From Polyangiales bacterium (GTDB lineage: Bacteria; Myxococcota_A; Polyangia; Polyangiales; Houyiibacteriaceae): a stretch of DNA of 25,819 nt. Below the pieces are notes generated by a model. That model was given only the letters and a program-made list of their open reading frames with translations. It had not been told where the DNA came from and made no database searches. A program made the position numbers and the translations under genes. Each line of letters starts with the position of its first letter. Positions within the stretch are counted from its first letter, which is position 1. Where the stretch lies: contig JBGCFM010000044.1 of NCBI GenBank assembly GCA_045106895.1, positions 1 to 25,819 of the forward strand, written 5' to 3'. This document shows, one piece after another, positions 17,059 through 25,482 of the stretch.

Positions 17059-18708
17059 ATGAGCAACGAGTTTGAAGGCAAGAAGATTGTTCTCACCGGA
17101 ACCTTCGCGACGATGAAACGGTCCGATGCAAAGAAGCTGCTCGGCGACATTGGAGCCACGGTTTCGGGGAGTATTTCGAAGAACACCGACATTCTAATTC
17201 ACGGCGAAAAAGCGGGCTCCAAGCTCTCCAAGGCTCAGGCGTTGGGGGTCACCGTCATGACGGAAGCTGAGATGGTCGCTGCTCTCGCGGGCGATGAGCG
17301 TGTGGGAGATCGCCTCGACGACGCGGGGGATCAGCTCGCCGAAAAGGAAGCCGCCACGGCGACGCTGATGAAGCCGGTGCTCGATATCGTGACGCCGCTT
17401 TTGGACAAGCAAGTGGAACGCTGGGGCGCGACCCAGGCCTCGCTGCTCAAGAGTTACATCAAGGTCTTTGCCCAACGACCCGATATTGTCGTGCGGAAGC
17501 AAGACTGGGGGCGGCCCACCCCGTCGCGCACGCTTGTGCGATGGGCAGGTCAAATCGCGCCGGACGCGCTGGCGCTTTACCACGGTGTCGGCCCCGTTCG
17601 ATTTGTTTGGTATCTGAAGGAGTGCGCCGAGGAAGCGTTGCAGTCCAGCGATGGCTACCGGGGTGGAAATCTGAGTCTACTTGGGCTTGAGAGCTTCCGC
17701 TGGTTTCCTCGTCCGGACTGGGGTGGTCATGGCGAGTACGATCACGACGGCAACTTCGATGAACTCCAGGCTGAAGGGCGCACGGTTCTCTCCTACGACG
17801 TGGGCGAGGACCGAACGAAGTCGCAGCTTGTGTTTGACGACGCGAACGACTGCACGCGTCATCACCTGGGGGGCGTCGAGGAGTACATCACCCGGGGAGC
17901 GAAGGGCGCCTTCGGCTGGTACTGGCCCATATCTGGGGAGGATGAGGAGGCGAAGGTGACGCTCCTGCAGAGATCGATCTCAGCCGACACGTCCGCCAAA
18001 GAGATGGAGGCGCTGCTCGTTGAGAAGGGCCTCACTGCGGAGGAAGCAGGGTCGATGCTCAAATGGCTGGGCCCTTCCGCGCGAATACTCCTACCCAAAA
18101 GCGAGGCGGAGAGAACAGCAGCTTCGGAACTCGAAGACGCGTTCCCCCTCGCGAACAAGACGTCGAAGCGCTCCATGGATCTCGACCTTATCAAGAGCCT
18201 TGGCTCGAGGAGCGAGGCGCTCTCGCCCAGCGAGCTGAAGTCGATGCTCAAGGAGCACGCCGCGTTTCTCGCGAGCGGCGGTGGCGGCGGGTCTTGGCAA
18301 ACTCTCGACGTTGCCGGTTTGCCGCTCTGCATGTACCAGGGCAGCGGAGCCGAAGGCACGCAGGCTGTGTTTCGACTCAAGAACATGGATGGTGCGAGTC
18401 TCGCGAAGGCGCAGCTTGGGTTCGCAGACTTGTCAGGTCTACATGCGCCGAACGTCGATTTCAGTGGAGCGCAGCTCCAGGGCTGCGTGGCCATCGATTC
18501 TGTCTTCGCCGGCGCAAACTTCGATGGCGCACAGCTGCAGAACGTCGACTTCTCCGGCGCGCACATGGCGGGGGCGTCCTTTCGGGGTGCAGATCTGAGC
18601 GGCGCTGATTTTGAAGCTGCGGACCTGACCGACGCCGACTTCTCCGGCGCGAAGCTGGATGGCGCACGGTTCCCCGGAGCCGTTCTGAGCGGCGCGGTCC
18701 ACCCGTAG
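17059..18708 (+). CDS. BRCT domain + unknown (possibly SUKH/SMI1-like) middle domain + C-terminal pentapeptide repeats
   Basis: SD GAGGAG; LigA-type BRCT FEGKKIVLTGTF...GATVSGSISKNTDILIHGEKAGSKL.KA..LGV; C-terminal A(D/N)FSG-type pentapeptide repeats. Confidence 0.88.
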   Translation: MSNEFEGKKIVLTGTFATMKRSDAKKLLGDIGATVSGSISKNTDILIHGEKAGSKLSKAQALGVTVMTEAEMVAALAGDERVGDRLDDAGDQLAEKEAATATLMKPVLDIVTPLLDKQVERWGATQASLLKSYIKVFAQRPDIVVRKQDWGRPTPSRTLVRWAGQIAPDALALYHGVGPVRFVWYLKECAEEALQSSDGYRGGNLSLLGLESFRWFPRPDWGGHGEYDHDGNFDELQAEGRTVLSYDVGEDRTKSQLVFDDANDCTRHHLGGVEEYITRGAKGAFGWYWPISGEDEEAKVTLLQRSISADTSAKEMEALLVEKGLTAEEAGSMLKWLGPSARILLPKSEAERTAASELEDAFPLANKTSKRSMDLDLIKSLGSRSEALSPSELKSMLKEHAAFLASGGGGGSWQTLDVAGLPLCMYQGSGAEGTQAVFRLKNMDGASLAKAQLGFADLSGLHAPNVDFSGAQLQGCVAIDSVFAGANFDGAQLQNVDFSGAHMAGASFRGADLSGADFEAADLTDADFSGAKLDGARFPGAVLSGAVHP

Positions 18709-18710
18709 GG

Positions 18711-18751
18711 CTGAACTCAGTTCCGTTTGGGGGGGACGGAACTGAGTTCGG
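18711..18751. repeat. Perfect 14-bp inverted repeat (hairpin) without a U-tract
   Basis: GAACTCAGTTCCGT 18713-18726 / ACGGAACTGAGTTC 18736-18749, G-rich loop. Confidence 0.85.
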
Positions 18752-18823
18752 GCTTCATCAGTCGCTGGCGCTCGCTCATCGCTATTCAACCCTCCGGAGA
18801 AGAGAGCGTGGTAGACCCGGCGG

Positions 18824-19654
18824 ATGGCGTTTCGCGAAGCACCGCCCAAAAAGGCGCGTCAACTGAGCACGACATGGGGATCGCTCCCCGCGACGCTCAG
18901 CAGCCGCCTCTCGGACGAGGCGGAGTCGCTCTCCGGCGGCGCGATCTATGTGCACCCGTCCAACGAGGCGCCCCCCTCCAAGGGCCTGGTGGCGCTCGCG
19001 CTGACCGTCGTGGCGCTGATTCTGACGTACGCTCTCTACTACGAGGTCGAGAAGTTGAGCAGCGTAGAAGCGCTCTTCAATCTGAGAGACCTGAGCCCAC
19101 TGGGGTTCGTCTTGGCTTGCGGAGTGAGCGCGGTCCTTGCGCACGACGCCTTCACGAAGCTGTCGGGGTGGCGCCGCCGGCTGCGCGCGGCGGCTCCATT
19201 CGTGGGAGTGATGGTCTATCCCCTCGACATCATCGTCTTCGACCACGACGGCTTTCTGCACTTCTTCGACACCACCGACGCGACCCCGGTGGTGAGGGCC
19301 AACATGGTCACCGTCATCAACCGCGCGAAATCGAGCGCTCGCCGGCATCGTCCGACACGAGAAGAACGCCGGGGCAGCAAGATACGTCTCGCTCACCCCG
19401 AGCTTGATTCGCTCGACTGTCCGGATGTCATTCTTCGCCATGACGATGACCTCGAGGCCATCGAGGAGCGATTTGCGCGGCTGCGGCGCGAGGCTGAACG
19501 CCATCCAGAGGACCCCGCGCGCAACCCGGTCCTGCGAGCGGGGCTCACTGCGGCGGAGCCACCCCGGGCCACGCTCCAGATCCCCAAGTTCGCCATGATG
19601 CTCATAGGTGTGGCGGCGGGCGCCGTCATTGCCTACCTCACCGTCGCTGCCTAG
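18824..19654 (+). CDS. Hypothetical membrane protein (about 3 TM)
   Basis: Hydrophobic segments GLVALALTVVALILTYALYY, LGFVLACGVSAVL and the C-terminal FAMMLIGVAAGAVIAYLTVAA. Confidence 0.7.
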   Translation: MAFREAPPKKARQLSTTWGSLPATLSSRLSDEAESLSGGAIYVHPSNEAPPSKGLVALALTVVALILTYALYYEVEKLSSVEALFNLRDLSPLGFVLACGVSAVLAHDAFTKLSGWRRRLRAAAPFVGVMVYPLDIIVFDHDGFLHFFDTTDATPVVRANMVTVINRAKSSARRHRPTREERRGSKIRLAHPELDSLDCPDVILRHDDDLEAIEERFARLRREAERHPEDPARNPVLRAGLTAAEPPRATLQIPKFAMMLIGVAAGAVIAYLTVAA

Positions 19655-19741
19655 CTGCTCCCGGCGAGGGTTTGATCCCGGCATGGATCTGCTTGTTGCG
19701 GGAGAGCTCGGAGATCATGCGAGAGGTCGAAGTCCGCAGGA

Positions 19742-20113
19742 GTGGCCACGTCATCAATGAGTGCTCAGTCGCCGAACCGTCAGGTGCGAGCTGTCGCTGA
19801 CTTCACAGTTCCCTTGCGAAACGGGTCCGACTGCGATGAGCCGAGCGATTGCCCCGGCCAACAATGTTGTTCACTCCCGTTCACCGTCGTGAATGCGACG
19901 GGCCTCTGCGCTTCGTGGACGACGACCTGCAGCGACAGTTGCGAAGGTGAAAGCGCGATTGGGGTGTCCGCAGGCACTGCTTGCGTCGATGCGTCGGACT
20001 GCGGTCCCGGGCTGTCTTGCTGCGATTGCGACGGCTACCTCTATCCGATTTGCCAAGTCGAGTGCGGTTGGCCCGGGACCTTAGAGTTCATGCCGGTCTG
20101 CGACGTCCGGTAG
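19742..20113 (+). CDS. Cys-rich small protein or 5'-truncated remnant; start uncertain
   Basis: 15 Cys with two CxxxSDC..CC units; no signal peptide seen. Confidence 0.5.
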   Translation: MATSSMSAQSPNRQVRAVADFTVPLRNGSDCDEPSDCPGQQCCSLPFTVVNATGLCASWTTTCSDSCEGESAIGVSAGTACVDASDCGPGLSCCDCDGYLYPICQVECGWPGTLEFMPVCDVR

Positions 20114-20187
20114 TTTGGGAACGGTTCGTCCGTGTGCGTCGGTGACCGAGGTGGGCGTCGCCGGATGAAGCGGAGTATGCTCGCACA

Positions 20188-20994
20188 ATGCTCTGCCGTT
20201 ACTTGTGTCTGATGAGTCTACTGTGCGCGTTGATTGGTTGCGGTGATGACGCCACAACCGATGTGGGAAGCCCCGATTCCGGCTCCAGGGATGGCGGCGC
20301 CTTAGACGCTGCAGCAGAAGACGCTGCAGCAGAAGATGCCGCCGCGGAAGACGCTGCGAGCGAAGATGCGTCGGCGCCAGATGCAGGAGCTGACGCCGGC
20401 GGCGACGCAGGTGCAGCAGATGGCGGCCCCGATGCCGGACCCCCTCCGATCTGCACCACGAGCGACGACTGCGGAGGTGACCCCTGCTTCCTCTTCCCTG
20501 ACGGAACTCGCGACTGCGTGGTCGATCCCGGCGACCCTCCGAGGGAAGCCTGCGCCGGCGGCGGTTTTCCCTGTGGATGTTCCGCAGACAGCGAATGCGG
20601 CGACGGATCGGGTGGAGTTTGCATCGCGTTTACGCATCGCTACTGCGGAGGCGCGCCGCCGCCACCCATCAACGAATGCCGCTACGACGCATGCTCGGAA
20701 GACGCCGACTGCGATGAGCGGGCCATGGGCGCTTGCGTGCCACGAGGCGAAGGCGGCTTCACGAACACATGTGCCTACGGGTCGTGCCGAACTTCCGCCG
20801 ATTGCCGCGAAGGCGGGACCTGTGACCGCTATGACAATGGTTGCGGCGCTGGAGGCGGCACGCTCTTCTGTCGCTACGCGGACGATGTGTGTTCCGACAC
20901 CGTGCCGTGTCCTCCGGGGCCAGCTCCGATGCTCTGTGTTCCTGCCGAAGACGGACACGGCACAGAGTGCATCCCGGATTTGCCGCGGCCTTAA
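20188..20994 (+). CDS. Cys-rich myxobacterial-type lipoprotein with Asp/Ala-rich linker
   Basis: Lipobox LIGC; DAAAE/DAG linker; repeated C..D.DC modules. Confidence 0.85.
   Translation: MLCRYLCLMSLLCALIGCGDDATTDVGSPDSGSRDGGALDAAAEDAAAEDAAAEDAASEDASAPDAGADAGGDAGAADGGPDAGPPPICTTSDDCGGDPCFLFPDGTRDCVVDPGDPPREACAGGGFPCGCSADSECGDGSGGVCIAFTHRYCGGAPPPPINECRYDACSEDADCDERAMGACVPRGEGGFTNTCAYGSCRTSADCREGGTCDRYDNGCGAGGGTLFCRYADDVCSDTVPCPPGPAPMLCVPAEDGHGTECIPDLPRP
20305..20379 (+). repeat. 15-nt coding tandem repeat (DAAAE, about 5 copies; first two exact)
   Basis: GACGCTGCAGCAGAA x2, then three degenerate copies. Confidence 0.85.
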
Positions 20995-21007
20995 GGCAGA
21001 AACGCGC

Positions 21008-23446
21008 TCACTCCAAGAGCGCCAGCCTCGCGAGGGAGCGCAGCGCTTCGCTGTACGCCTGAGGCGTGCACGTCGGCAGCGCTTCGATCTTGATGGACAG
21101 CTTCTGCTCTTGGTCCATGCCGTAGCCGCCTTGAATGTTCACGCCATGATCCATCATGAGCTCGATCTTGAGATCCTTGGCTCGGTATTGGAGCGAATAC
21201 CACTGGCCGGCGTCTTCCACTGGGCCACGACTCCAGCCGTGGTTTTGAAGTCCGGCGACGCTGCCGCCTTTGGCGCGGGCGCCCTCGATACGCTCGATGA
21301 CGGCGTTTGCCTCGACACTTCCAAAGGCGAAGGTCTCCCGCTGCAACTGGTCGAAGGGTTGAAGCAGCTCGTAGTCAGCAAGCTGCACGCCCCAGCTCTG
21401 GAGAGTCTCGGCGTTCATCTCCAGCGGATGGACAAGGCGCACGGGCTCAGTCCCGAGTGCTTGCTCGTTGTCCAGCGCGTCAACGGGCTGTCCCGATTCG
21501 TCGATGCGGAACACCAGGTCCCCGGAGCGCCACACCAAGCGCCGGACCAAGTGTCGCAGCAGCGGATGCGTCACGAGGTACTGCTGGAACTCGTCCATCG
21601 ACCACTCTCGGCCGCGGAGCATGGCTTGTTCGAAGCGCGCGATCTGCACGCTCGCCAACATACGTGCGCTCTTCTTCAGCGCGGACCAACGTGTCTTCGC
21701 TAGCGCGGCTTTCTCGGCATCGTCTTTTTTGCTCTTTGGGAGGCTCGCGCGCTTTTTGCCGTCTTCTCCCTGAACCCAAGGTTTGAGCTGCTCGTCGAAG
21801 CCGACGCGAAAACTCCGGTGACCCAGATCGAAGACGAGGGAGCCATCTCCATCGAGGCCAAGGTCGGGCACCAAGCGGTCCGCGAGTTGGTCTTTTGAGA
21901 GCCCGCGCGCGCGTGCGATGCGAGTGAGCCAGCTCGACGCGGTGTTCTTGACGCCACGACCGCGTCCCTTTGCCGCGACGTGGGCGATGCGCAACATCGC
22001 GCGCTCACTTCCCACGGACGCCAAGACCTCGAGGGCGACGACGGCTTTCTGATAGCCCATCTTGATGACGTCCGCGGCGAGGCGATCGACGACGGCGTCG
22101 TCCGAGAGCACGCAGAGGCTGCGGAAGATCCACGACTCGCCGCGGGCCGCCGAGTAGGCCTCGTAGAGAGCGAGCCCAAAGGCGTCGCGGCTCCTCGGCT
22201 CGAGGGCGTCACGCACCTCTTGAAGCTCCGGCGTCATGCGCCCCTTTGAGCGCATCAGCGCTCTGCCGAGACGTTCCACGTGCTGCGACGAGAGAGCTTT
22301 GTCAGCGCCGAGGAGGAAAAGGTCCGCGTGGTGTGTCCATAGGCGCGGCAGCGCTTTCCTGGAGCGCCCATCCGTACGAAGGAGTGCCGGCACCTCTTCG
22401 TCGGAGGCGGTAGCGGCGGCGTTGGGATTGAGCGATGGGTTGGCACGAAGAACCGCCGCCCGGAGCGGGTCGTCGCCCGGCAGAGTCTCCAGCGCGAGCT
22501 TTGGAAATCGATGAAAGTAGGGGTCGCGCCGGCTCGGGTGAATCCGCGTGTAGAAGTCGGCGACGACGGGATGGCCGAGATACGCGACCTCTGGCAAATA
22601 GAGAAACTTAGGCGAGTTCTGCAGCGCCTTCGCGAGCGCTTCACCGGGGCCACTGCAGAGGAACGCGAAGGTGTGGTTGCGGTTGCGCGGCCGATGCACA
22701 CGTAGGTTCGCTTCGGGGTCGCGGCGCGACCAAGCGACGAAACCAAGCCAGCCCACATCCTCGTCCGCGATCTCGTCGAGCTCAGGCGCAAGGGCGAGGT
22801 CTTGCTCCGTTGGGACGAGGTACGCAAGACACGCGCGCAGCGCAGGGGGAATGGGCTTTTCCCACTCCGCTCGGACAGCCGCCACGCCTTTGTCGTATTC
22901 CTCCGCGCTGCTTTGGCCGAAGAGGAAGCGTAGCTCCCGAATACCGTGCTTGTTCACGCATGCGTGCCGGGAGTTGTTCACCGGGCTCAACTCGCAAGCG
23001 CCGTGGGCAATCGTCGTTGTCCCGTCGGGGCCGGCCTTGATGCTCCAGGACCAGCGAGCGATGAGCGCTTGGACCGCAAACTCCAACCCGAACTGCTGAA
23101 CCCAATCGCGGACGATCTTGACGGTGGGGGGCCGAGTCGTGCCCGTATGAAACGCGGGCTGTGCGCAGATGGCGAAGGCGAGGCCTTGGCTCTCGGCGTC
23201 GACCTCGCACTGCGTCGCCGCTTTGCCTGTTAGCGCGAGACGCGCATCGAGACGTGCCAGCGCGGCGGTGGCAGCCTCATCGAGCGTGATGTCCGCGAGG
23301 CCGGCGCGCGCCTTCTCGAACGCTTTTTTGGAGTCGCTCCAAACCTTCGCCGCCGTCGGCGCCTTCTTGGGCTCTTCAGGCCAAGGTGCGAGCGTGCCAC
23401 GCCCGTGGTGAATGTGTTCTTCGCACGAGGCCCAGTCGATCATCAC
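21008..23446 (-). CDS. DUF4132 (MolR/YehI-like) domain protein, without N-terminal WGR
   Basis: DRLVPDLGLD..G...D.G.R.F, RFEQAM...REW, HPLL..LVRRLVW, HPLEM, LADYELLQPFDQL.R; SD GGGGAG; start GTG 23446 or ATG 23443. Confidence 0.88.
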   Translation of the reverse strand: MMIDWASCEEHIHHGRGTLAPWPEEPKKAPTAAKVWSDSKKAFEKARAGLADITLDEAATAALARLDARLALTGKAATQCEVDAESQGLAFAICAQPAFHTGTTRPPTVKIVRDWVQQFGLEFAVQALIARWSWSIKAGPDGTTTIAHGACELSPVNNSRHACVNKHGIRELRFLFGQSSAEEYDKGVAAVRAEWEKPIPPALRACLAYLVPTEQDLALAPELDEIADEDVGWLGFVAWSRRDPEANLRVHRPRNRNHTFAFLCSGPGEALAKALQNSPKFLYLPEVAYLGHPVVADFYTRIHPSRRDPYFHRFPKLALETLPGDDPLRAAVLRANPSLNPNAAATASDEEVPALLRTDGRSRKALPRLWTHHADLFLLGADKALSSQHVERLGRALMRSKGRMTPELQEVRDALEPRSRDAFGLALYEAYSAARGESWIFRSLCVLSDDAVVDRLAADVIKMGYQKAVVALEVLASVGSERAMLRIAHVAAKGRGRGVKNTASSWLTRIARARGLSKDQLADRLVPDLGLDGDGSLVFDLGHRSFRVGFDEQLKPWVQGEDGKKRASLPKSKKDDAEKAALAKTRWSALKKSARMLASVQIARFEQAMLRGREWSMDEFQQYLVTHPLLRHLVRRLVWRSGDLVFRIDESGQPVDALDNEQALGTEPVRLVHPLEMNAETLQSWGVQLADYELLQPFDQLQRETFAFGSVEANAVIERIEGARAKGGSVAGLQNHGWSRGPVEDAGQWYSLQYRAKDLKIELMMDHGVNIQGGYGMDQEQKLSIKIEALPTCTPQAYSEALRSLARLALLE

Positions 23447-23600
23447 GTTTCTCCCCGGCGCGAGAATACGCGGCGGCCTCAGGAATTCCGAGAGCCAATC
23501 CGGAGCGCGATTCGGCGAAACGGAAACGACTCAAATCGCTAGGCAGCGGACTTCACCGGCCGCCCCTTGCGCCCTTTCGGACCGTTCTTAGGTTGCCTCG

Positions 23601-24107
23601 ATGGGGTTTCGCGATGACGGTACGGCGCTTCGCTCGCGACTCGACGCGCTTGAGCGGAAGGCCCGGGACGCCGGGCGCTTGGAGGAGCGCTGTCGGGAGC
23701 TCACGGATGAGAACCGACGATTGAAACGAAGGGTGGCGGAGCTGAGCGCTCTCGTGGAGCCGGTTCGACCCATCGTGGCGCCTCGCCCTATCAGACCGCT
23801 GCCTGCACCGGGGAGCGATTTGGCACTCTCGTTCTCGTGGCAGGACTACCACGGCGTCGAGCACCACGAGACTCTGGTTGGTAAGGTTATCCAGATCGGC
23901 AGGCTGGCCACTTCGCATCTTCGAATCCAAGGAGCGAGCCGGAAGCACGCGCTCATCAAGGTCTCGAAACGAGCGGCGGTGATCATCGACCAGGGCAGCG
24001 AGAAGGGCACTCTGGTCAACGGCAGAAAGGTCAAAAAGGCGTCTTTGAAAGACGGGGACCGACTTCAGCTGGGGGACGTGGAGGTCATCGTCGGCGTCGG
24101 TCGTTGA
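23601..24107 (+). CDS. Coiled-coil + FHA domain protein
   Basis: N-terminal heptads; FHA IGR...SRKHA...D.GS.KGT.VNG...L.DGD.L.LG. Confidence 0.85.
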   Translation: MGFRDDGTALRSRLDALERKARDAGRLEERCRELTDENRRLKRRVAELSALVEPVRPIVAPRPIRPLPAPGSDLALSFSWQDYHGVEHHETLVGKVIQIGRLATSHLRIQGASRKHALIKVSKRAAVIIDQGSEKGTLVNGRKVKKASLKDGDRLQLGDVEVIVGVGR

Positions 24108-24160
24108 GCGGGGCGCAGTCTCCGCGGGATGCACGGGCCGTGTCGGAGTATAGTGCCGCC

Positions 24161-25117
24161 GTGACTCCCGAATCTGCTGCGGACCTACTCCGAGCCGGCC
24201 TAGAGCGCCGCGCCGAGCTCCTCGATGGCCTCGTCGATACCGACTGCGTTCGTTTGCTTCACGGCATCAGCGAAGGCTGGCCCGGAACCGCCGTCGATCG
24301 CTACGGCCCCGTGCTCTTGGTGCAGACGTGGCGCGAGCCGCTGGAGCCCGGCGTCCTCGAGGCGCTGGCTGCGGTCGTGCCGTGGTCGCTGCAGCCTGTC
24401 TGGAACCATCGCAAGGGCGGCGGAAGCACGGAGGACATTCCCTCCGAGGCCTTCGGCGTGGAGCGAGGCATCCGTTTCGATGTTCGCCCTCGACACCGCG
24501 GCAAAGACCCGCTGCTCTTCTTGGACTTTCGCGCTGCACGAACCTGGGTGCGAAACCAAGACTGTCGCTCGGTGCTCAACCTCTTTAGCTACACTTGCGG
24601 CATCGGCGTGGCCGCCGCCGTCGGAGGCGCAGAGCGCGTGCTGAACGTGGACTTCGCCAGCTCCGCCCTCGCCGTGGGCGACACGAACGCGGCGCTCAAC
24701 AACGTAAAGACGCAGCAGTTTGAAGAAGACGTATTTCCCGCCATGCGCCAGCTCGCCGGGCTTCCGCTGGGTGGGCGAAGGGGACGCCGACCGTCCTACA
24801 AGCACATGAAGCCCGAGTCTTTCGATGTCGTTGTCCTCGACCCGCCGCGCTGGGCGAAGACGCCGTGGGGCGCCGTGGACGTCGTGCGGGACTACGCCTC
24901 GCTCTTCAAACCCGCGCTCCTCGCTGTGGCGGACGGCGGCAGTATCCTGGCGACAAATCATGTCGCCGCCGTGCCTCTGGAAGACTGGCAGGACCAGCTG
25001 CGCCGGTGCGCAAAAAAGGCAGGGCGCCCCATCGAGATCGAGATGCTGCCCGTGGAGGAGGACTTCCCAAGTTTCGATGGTCAGCCTCCGCTCAAGATGG
25101 CCATCTGCCGCGTTTGA
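24161..25117 (+). CDS. Class I SAM-dependent methyltransferase, RlmI/RlmK-like, without PUA domain
   Basis: RLLHG.SEG.PG..VDRYG, LFLDFR..R, VLNLFSYTCG, NVD.ASSAL, FDVVVLDPP. Start set at GTG 24161, 6 nt after TATAGT. Confidence 0.85.
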   Translation: MTPESAADLLRAGLERRAELLDGLVDTDCVRLLHGISEGWPGTAVDRYGPVLLVQTWREPLEPGVLEALAAVVPWSLQPVWNHRKGGGSTEDIPSEAFGVERGIRFDVRPRHRGKDPLLFLDFRAARTWVRNQDCRSVLNLFSYTCGIGVAAAVGGAERVLNVDFASSALAVGDTNAALNNVKTQQFEEDVFPAMRQLAGLPLGGRRGRRPSYKHMKPESFDVVVLDPPRWAKTPWGAVDVVRDYASLFKPALLAVADGGSILATNHVAAVPLEDWQDQLRRCAKKAGRPIEIEMLPVEEDFPSFDGQPPLKMAICRV

Positions 25118-25189
25118 CGGCGTAGGCCCCGGGATAGACGCCGGAAGAGTCCCGCTATCGCCGTCGTTGAGCGGCCCGACATTGGGTGG

Positions 25190-25432
25190 ATGAACCCGCT
25201 GCTCCGTTCCCTCGGCGTCATAAGTGTCCTCGTGGCCTTCGTATTCTTCGTTTACCTCTTCGGGCGCGAAGCACTTGTGACCGAGCTGCTCTTGCTCGTT
25301 TACGGCATCCCTGTGGTTGCCTGGACCGAATGGCGCGCTGCACAGACCCAAACGAAGACGCTGTCATTTTCCAACGACCACTGGCGCAGAATCGAGGGCA
25401 TCGCGAAGAAGGAAGCCCCACAGGAGCTTTGA
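25190..25432 (+). CDS. Small membrane protein (80 aa, 2 TM)
   Basis: Two hydrophobic segments and a charged tail; co-oriented with neighbours. Confidence 0.6.
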   Translation: MNPLLRSLGVISVLVAFVFFVYLFGREALVTELLLLVYGIPVVAWTEWRAAQTQTKTLSFSNDHWRRIEGIAKKEAPQEL

Positions 25433-25482
25433 TGGGCGCCTAGGCTGCTTGCGCAGGTTCTACGGGCCAGGTACTCGGGGGT

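Noticed and set aside
17059..17290. DNA ligase (ligA) call from the BRCT match
   Set aside because: No adenylation (KxDG), OB or HhH domains; only the BRCT module is shared.
19717..19800. Short ORF MREVEVRRSGHVINECSVAEPSGASCR ending in TGA, considered as selenocysteine read-through or a frameshifted 5' part of the Cys-rich gene
   Set aside because: Read-through meets another TGA shortly after, I saw no SECIS-like hairpin, and it supplies no signal peptide.
25116..25165. Imperfect inverted repeat after the methyltransferase (GACGGCG...CGCCGTC)
   Set aside because: Short, interrupted stem with no U-tract; plausible by chance at this GC content.
2408..25351. Long antisense or alternate-frame ORFs (e.g. 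2408-3325, 4297-5508, 6993-7982, 9177-10139, 11518-12495, 15550-16581, 20336-21703, 24200-25351)
   Set aside because: They shadow well-supported genes, have no recognisable motifs, and are expected in high-GC DNA.
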